Source: a virus (taxonomy: Duplodnaviria; Caudoviricetes). From it: a stretch of 27,780 nt of DNA. Below the pieces are notes generated by a model, which did no database searches, was not told the DNA's origin, and saw only the letters and a program-made list of their open reading frames with translations. Made by a program: the position numbers and the translations under genes. Below are positions 25,301 to 27,780 of this stretch, one piece after another. The stretch covers positions 1-27,780 of IMG/VR virus record IMGVR_UViG_3300040971_000056. The stretch is one strand, 5' to 3'. Position 1 is the stretch's first letter, and each line of letters begins with the position of its first letter.

Positions 25301-27780
25301 AAGACCTCAACGCTGAAATGGCGGAAGCCAGTATTAAGTTTAATAAGTCTGACACTGCGGCACGTAACAACCCCGGACCCGATCGGTCTACCCGTGTTAA
25401 TAACATTAGAACCGAGTATGAGTCAATTATAAGTAAGAAAGATAAGAAAATAAAAGCATTAATTAAGGAAAAATCAGACATACAAATACCAAAAGAAGAA
25501 AAAGTAAAACAGCCACTTACGGAAAAAGAAGAAGGGGATGTAAAATTACGCAAAGAAAGGGACAAACAAAATAGGGAACGTTTAGGTAAAGAAGTAAAAG
25601 GACAAGAGTTGCCCCCGGATAAACAAATTGACCCCAACAAATGGCGTGGCCAGAGTCCTATTAACCCACGGAATGTAACTCCATTTAACCAAGTGGCAGA
25701 GATTTCTGACGAAATTGATAAAAAACATTTAACCCCAGCACAACGGGAACAAGAAAGACTAGCTAACGAGTTAAAGGTGAAGCAAGAGGAACGCGACAGA
25801 AAGAGCAAAAATGCCGATGCCGTAACTTGGAAGTTATATCAGTCGTTGTTAAGATGGGCAAAAGTTTTAGATCAAATGGATAAAGAGGCAAAATTTTCGG
25901 AAACCCAAGAACAGGAGTTGATCAACAGGGGTTACTTTTTGGAATCCGATGGTGCTGTATCTACTGACCGTGCTATGAATTTAGCTAAAGGGGTTGTCAA
26001 TCTTAAATCGGCTATTACCATCAATAATAGAACAATAAAGAAACTAAACAAAGACAAGAACACCGGTACCAAAAAAGTAAATGGCGTAAATGTAAGTGAC
26101 AAAATTAATTCATTGGTACAAATTAATAAGTCACTTGAAGTTGACTTGGTAAAGTTATCAGAAGAGTACAGCTTGTTGGAAACTACCGGGGACACCCATG
26201 TTGGCGTTAATCAAAAAATTGTACTTGAAATATTAAAAAATGAAGAGAACAAAAAGAGCCAAAAGCAAGCCGAGGATGTATTAAAAGAAAAAGAACAGAG
26301 GAGAGCCAACGCTTTAGAGGGTATAGCTTTAAGGAATTTAAAAGAAGTAAAAGAGGATAAGAGTCAACACGAAAAAGATTACATGGGTGCTGAAGTCACT
26401 GATGTAGAGAGTAAACTGTATAATATAATAAGTGTTGAAAGCGGTAGCAAAAAAATAGTGGGGATACCCAGTATCAGTAGGGGTGGCGTACGTTTACAAT
26501 TTGGTGAGGGAACTACAAAAAACCAAATTGTAGATTCCGTGCGTGATATGGCCAACAAATTCATTAGTAAAAATTCAAATCGAATTAACCCCAGTATTAT
26601 AGGTAGAATATCCAATTTATTTTATAACAACGTAATTGGTAATACCCAAATCGAAAAAATGGTATTCGATAGGTTTATTAAATTAATGAGGGAGTATACC
26701 TTTAAACATAACATTAAACCGGGGTTGGAGTATAATATTGGCACGGTAAAATATGTTAAGGCTCGTGAAGAGGTCATGTCCGAAATCAAGGATAGGATAT
26801 CTAGAGTAGTACAAACTGCAGATGATATGTTCAGGGACGAAAGTGTTAAACCATTAGTGTACTCTGGGCCTACCAAAAATACTACAGAAAAAATAAACGC
26901 TGTATATGATACAGCTATAGCTGCGGGGGAAGAGGTAGTATCTAAATTAGGAAAGGCTAACACCAAAGCAATGAAAACTGAGCACCAAAGGGCTAAAAGT
27001 CGTGCTACGTTTGAGTCATTTATACGCAATAGTTTCATGGAGGGTTTGAATGTTAATGAAGTGGGTTATGTAGAAACACAAAGAAAATTATTTAACGAAA
27101 TGGCTGGCAGCGTTAACATTAGAAGGTTAGCAGTAGCCGCCATGTATAACGATGCTACTGCTAGTGTAGTTGCATATGAGGGCGACGATGAAATAAAAGT
27201 AAAAAAGGGTCTGATTGGGGATGGTAACACCGATGTAGAAATGGAACCGGAAGTAGAGCGCGGTATTGATTTGGATAACCTGCTTAAAAATCCCGATGGT
27301 AGTTATATTGTTGGAGTGGACGATGACGTTAACTTCAGTGTGTCTATTCAGAATCCAGATGCTGCCGGTGCCAAAGTAACTGATGAAGAAACAAGGGATC
27401 CTAATCCAGCCATACAAAAACTTGTAGACGATAATAGGGATGTACCAAGTTTATCATGGTATACCAAACAAAAGCACAAAGTAGAAGCATTTGCACAGTC
27501 ATTTAGTACTCATGTTATTGGGTACGGCCCCGGTAAATCCGGCCAGTTTAAGGATATACTTAGGAGGATGGGTGCAGTGGATAAATTTGCCGCCAGAGAG
27601 GCTTTTGCTAGGATATACAGAGTAGTCGGTAAATTGGATACCAATGAGAATCGTGTGTTTACTCAAATATTAATGATTCATAATATACTAAACGGAACAG
27701 TACCCAATTTGGATGGCGTGGCTCGTATATATGATGGTAAACTCCCTTTTTATGGTACCATAGAAAATGCTCGTAAGAGT
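22393..27780 (+). CDS. Very large ejection / polyvalent-type protein (>1796 aa, 3'-truncated) with zincin HExxH domain
   Basis: ATG 22393. No + strand ORF ends here in the track, consistent with an open frame to the window end. Gly/Ala-rich hydrophobic N-terminal region, LGHEFGHH at 24349-24372. Confidence 0.8.
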   Translation, partial: MDDAQFEEIMRKRKQPVQAISNENSTPVLPKQITGGMDDAAFEKIMAGRKSATGVTSANSRQLAIDKATTESNVANRGNFTRGLIGGTDSTQGLLYGAVGAVGDAVGSDTMRDWGFKGYKKNMAEAALNPTDVANFTDIRTKDGIANTLKDTGKFIAGSAGELLPSVATTIASSIAGSAMGSAAAPGVGTVGGGIAGAVGGGAVKGYLAKKAEGYMLTEAMKKLAESKGKDVAEDLAIKTAYKSLGAKAGIVAGTGPLEGGGMWGEDAAKHGVENANAGSAIALGTLSAGTELFAPGGALAEKLATGGAKDFLKEMGSAAGKSLWKRLGIEIPKGMAGEFVQEATQEFISKVNEKINDTTGTVSLADKEAAIDYLNAGAKGAVGGLAFGGFNAVTGKGPGSMPVTTESEIENINKLKLETEDNIAKNYEILNTAEVGSKLHSDAQTAIENGTNKLLLYDKQIYDISNPDIEGAFNKIDPFDKYNDIIEKFNSGAITEDDWKAHKTSGNSTLSEDQTREVDDHVDFTKMERGESIFTGEYDSNPGIDGTVAGTKDLFTTPEGKNLRKITDEDDDNTAIQSLNAYVKLARGEENHTDLTLSEHKHDESVYELAKTLGVRLVTFDSDSGINGANVPSNNKILYINSKSDKPALWVLGHEFGHHVEQSNPKLYKDLLTYAEGMMTDEQSAKHRKNLEAASKENGVGYKPELANREMFNDFWGDSFTDSGFVEKLYQKNPTKFASVMRTIMDYIDSVLSRFRGVQGSNPVFTDMKSLREKLVSGINEHVGYTGAIQRLKDGNFVNGTPLDLNADNKHITNIAIGKKARMTVRESGDTIEIKELVRPDIAKANGDGVQLEQTTKERSGKPFPDKKTPTDALDELKAYAQENGKQLISYGGPNNIYAIRQGFKWVGNRVVDGKKINSGWVWDSKNQLPSKGKGGVVESQATDGRDAASKTEERATMTRAEAIDAEIEDLNAEMAEASIKFNKSDTAARNNPGPDRSTRVNNIRTEYESIISKKDKKIKALIKEKSDIQIPKEEKVKQPLTEKEEGDVKLRKERDKQNRERLGKEVKGQELPPDKQIDPNKWRGQSPINPRNVTPFNQVAEISDEIDKKHLTPAQREQERLANELKVKQEERDRKSKNADAVTWKLYQSLLRWAKVLDQMDKEAKFSETQEQELINRGYFLESDGAVSTDRAMNLAKGVVNLKSAITINNRTIKKLNKDKNTGTKKVNGVNVSDKINSLVQINKSLEVDLVKLSEEYSLLETTGDTHVGVNQKIVLEILKNEENKKSQKQAEDVLKEKEQRRANALEGIALRNLKEVKEDKSQHEKDYMGAEVTDVESKLYNIISVESGSKKIVGIPSISRGGVRLQFGEGTTKNQIVDSVRDMANKFISKNSNRINPSIIGRISNLFYNNVIGNTQIEKMVFDRFIKLMREYTFKHNIKPGLEYNIGTVKYVKAREEVMSEIKDRISRVVQTADDMFRDESVKPLVYSGPTKNTTEKINAVYDTAIAAGEEVVSKLGKANTKAMKTEHQRAKSRATFESFIRNSFMEGLNVNEVGYVETQRKLFNEMAGSVNIRRLAVAAMYNDATASVVAYEGDDEIKVKKGLIGDGNTDVEMEPEVERGIDLDNLLKNPDGSYIVGVDDDVNFSVSIQNPDAAGAKVTDEETRDPNPAIQKLVDDNRDVPSLSWYTKQKHKVEAFAQSFSTHVIGYGPGKSGQFKDILRRMGAVDKFAAREAFARIYRVVGKLDTNENRVFTQILMIHNILNGTVPNLDGVARIYDGKLPFYGTIENARKS

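Overview
Fragment of a tailed dsDNA phage (Caudoviricetes), probably podovirus-like. No tape-measure or sheath gene is recognisable, and large ejection-type proteins follow the head genes. Positions 1-4375 hold a leftward cluster of small, mostly translationally coupled hypothetical genes, interrupted by about 950 bp of repeat-rich non-coding DNA. From about 4700 a rightward packaging/virion operon runs: TerS, a small basic protein, a structured RNA-like element, an HNH-AP2 endonuclease, TerL, portal, zinc-ribbon protein, scaffold, major capsid protein, decoration/adaptor/tail proteins and a >1796-aa polyvalent-type protein that leaves the window. The standout is terL. It starts at GTG 5956 and has an in-frame UGA inside its Walker A loop (GCT CTC TGA CTT GGC GGT GGA AAA TCG). 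Skipping exactly 6 nt from Leu CUC to Leu CUU restores YGGALGGGKS. This suggests a minimal programmed 'stop-hop' translational bypass about 120 bp downstream of a free-standing HNH endonuclease, resembling a miniature T4 mobA/gene 60 cassette. All product calls come from motif recognition and gene order, with no database searches.
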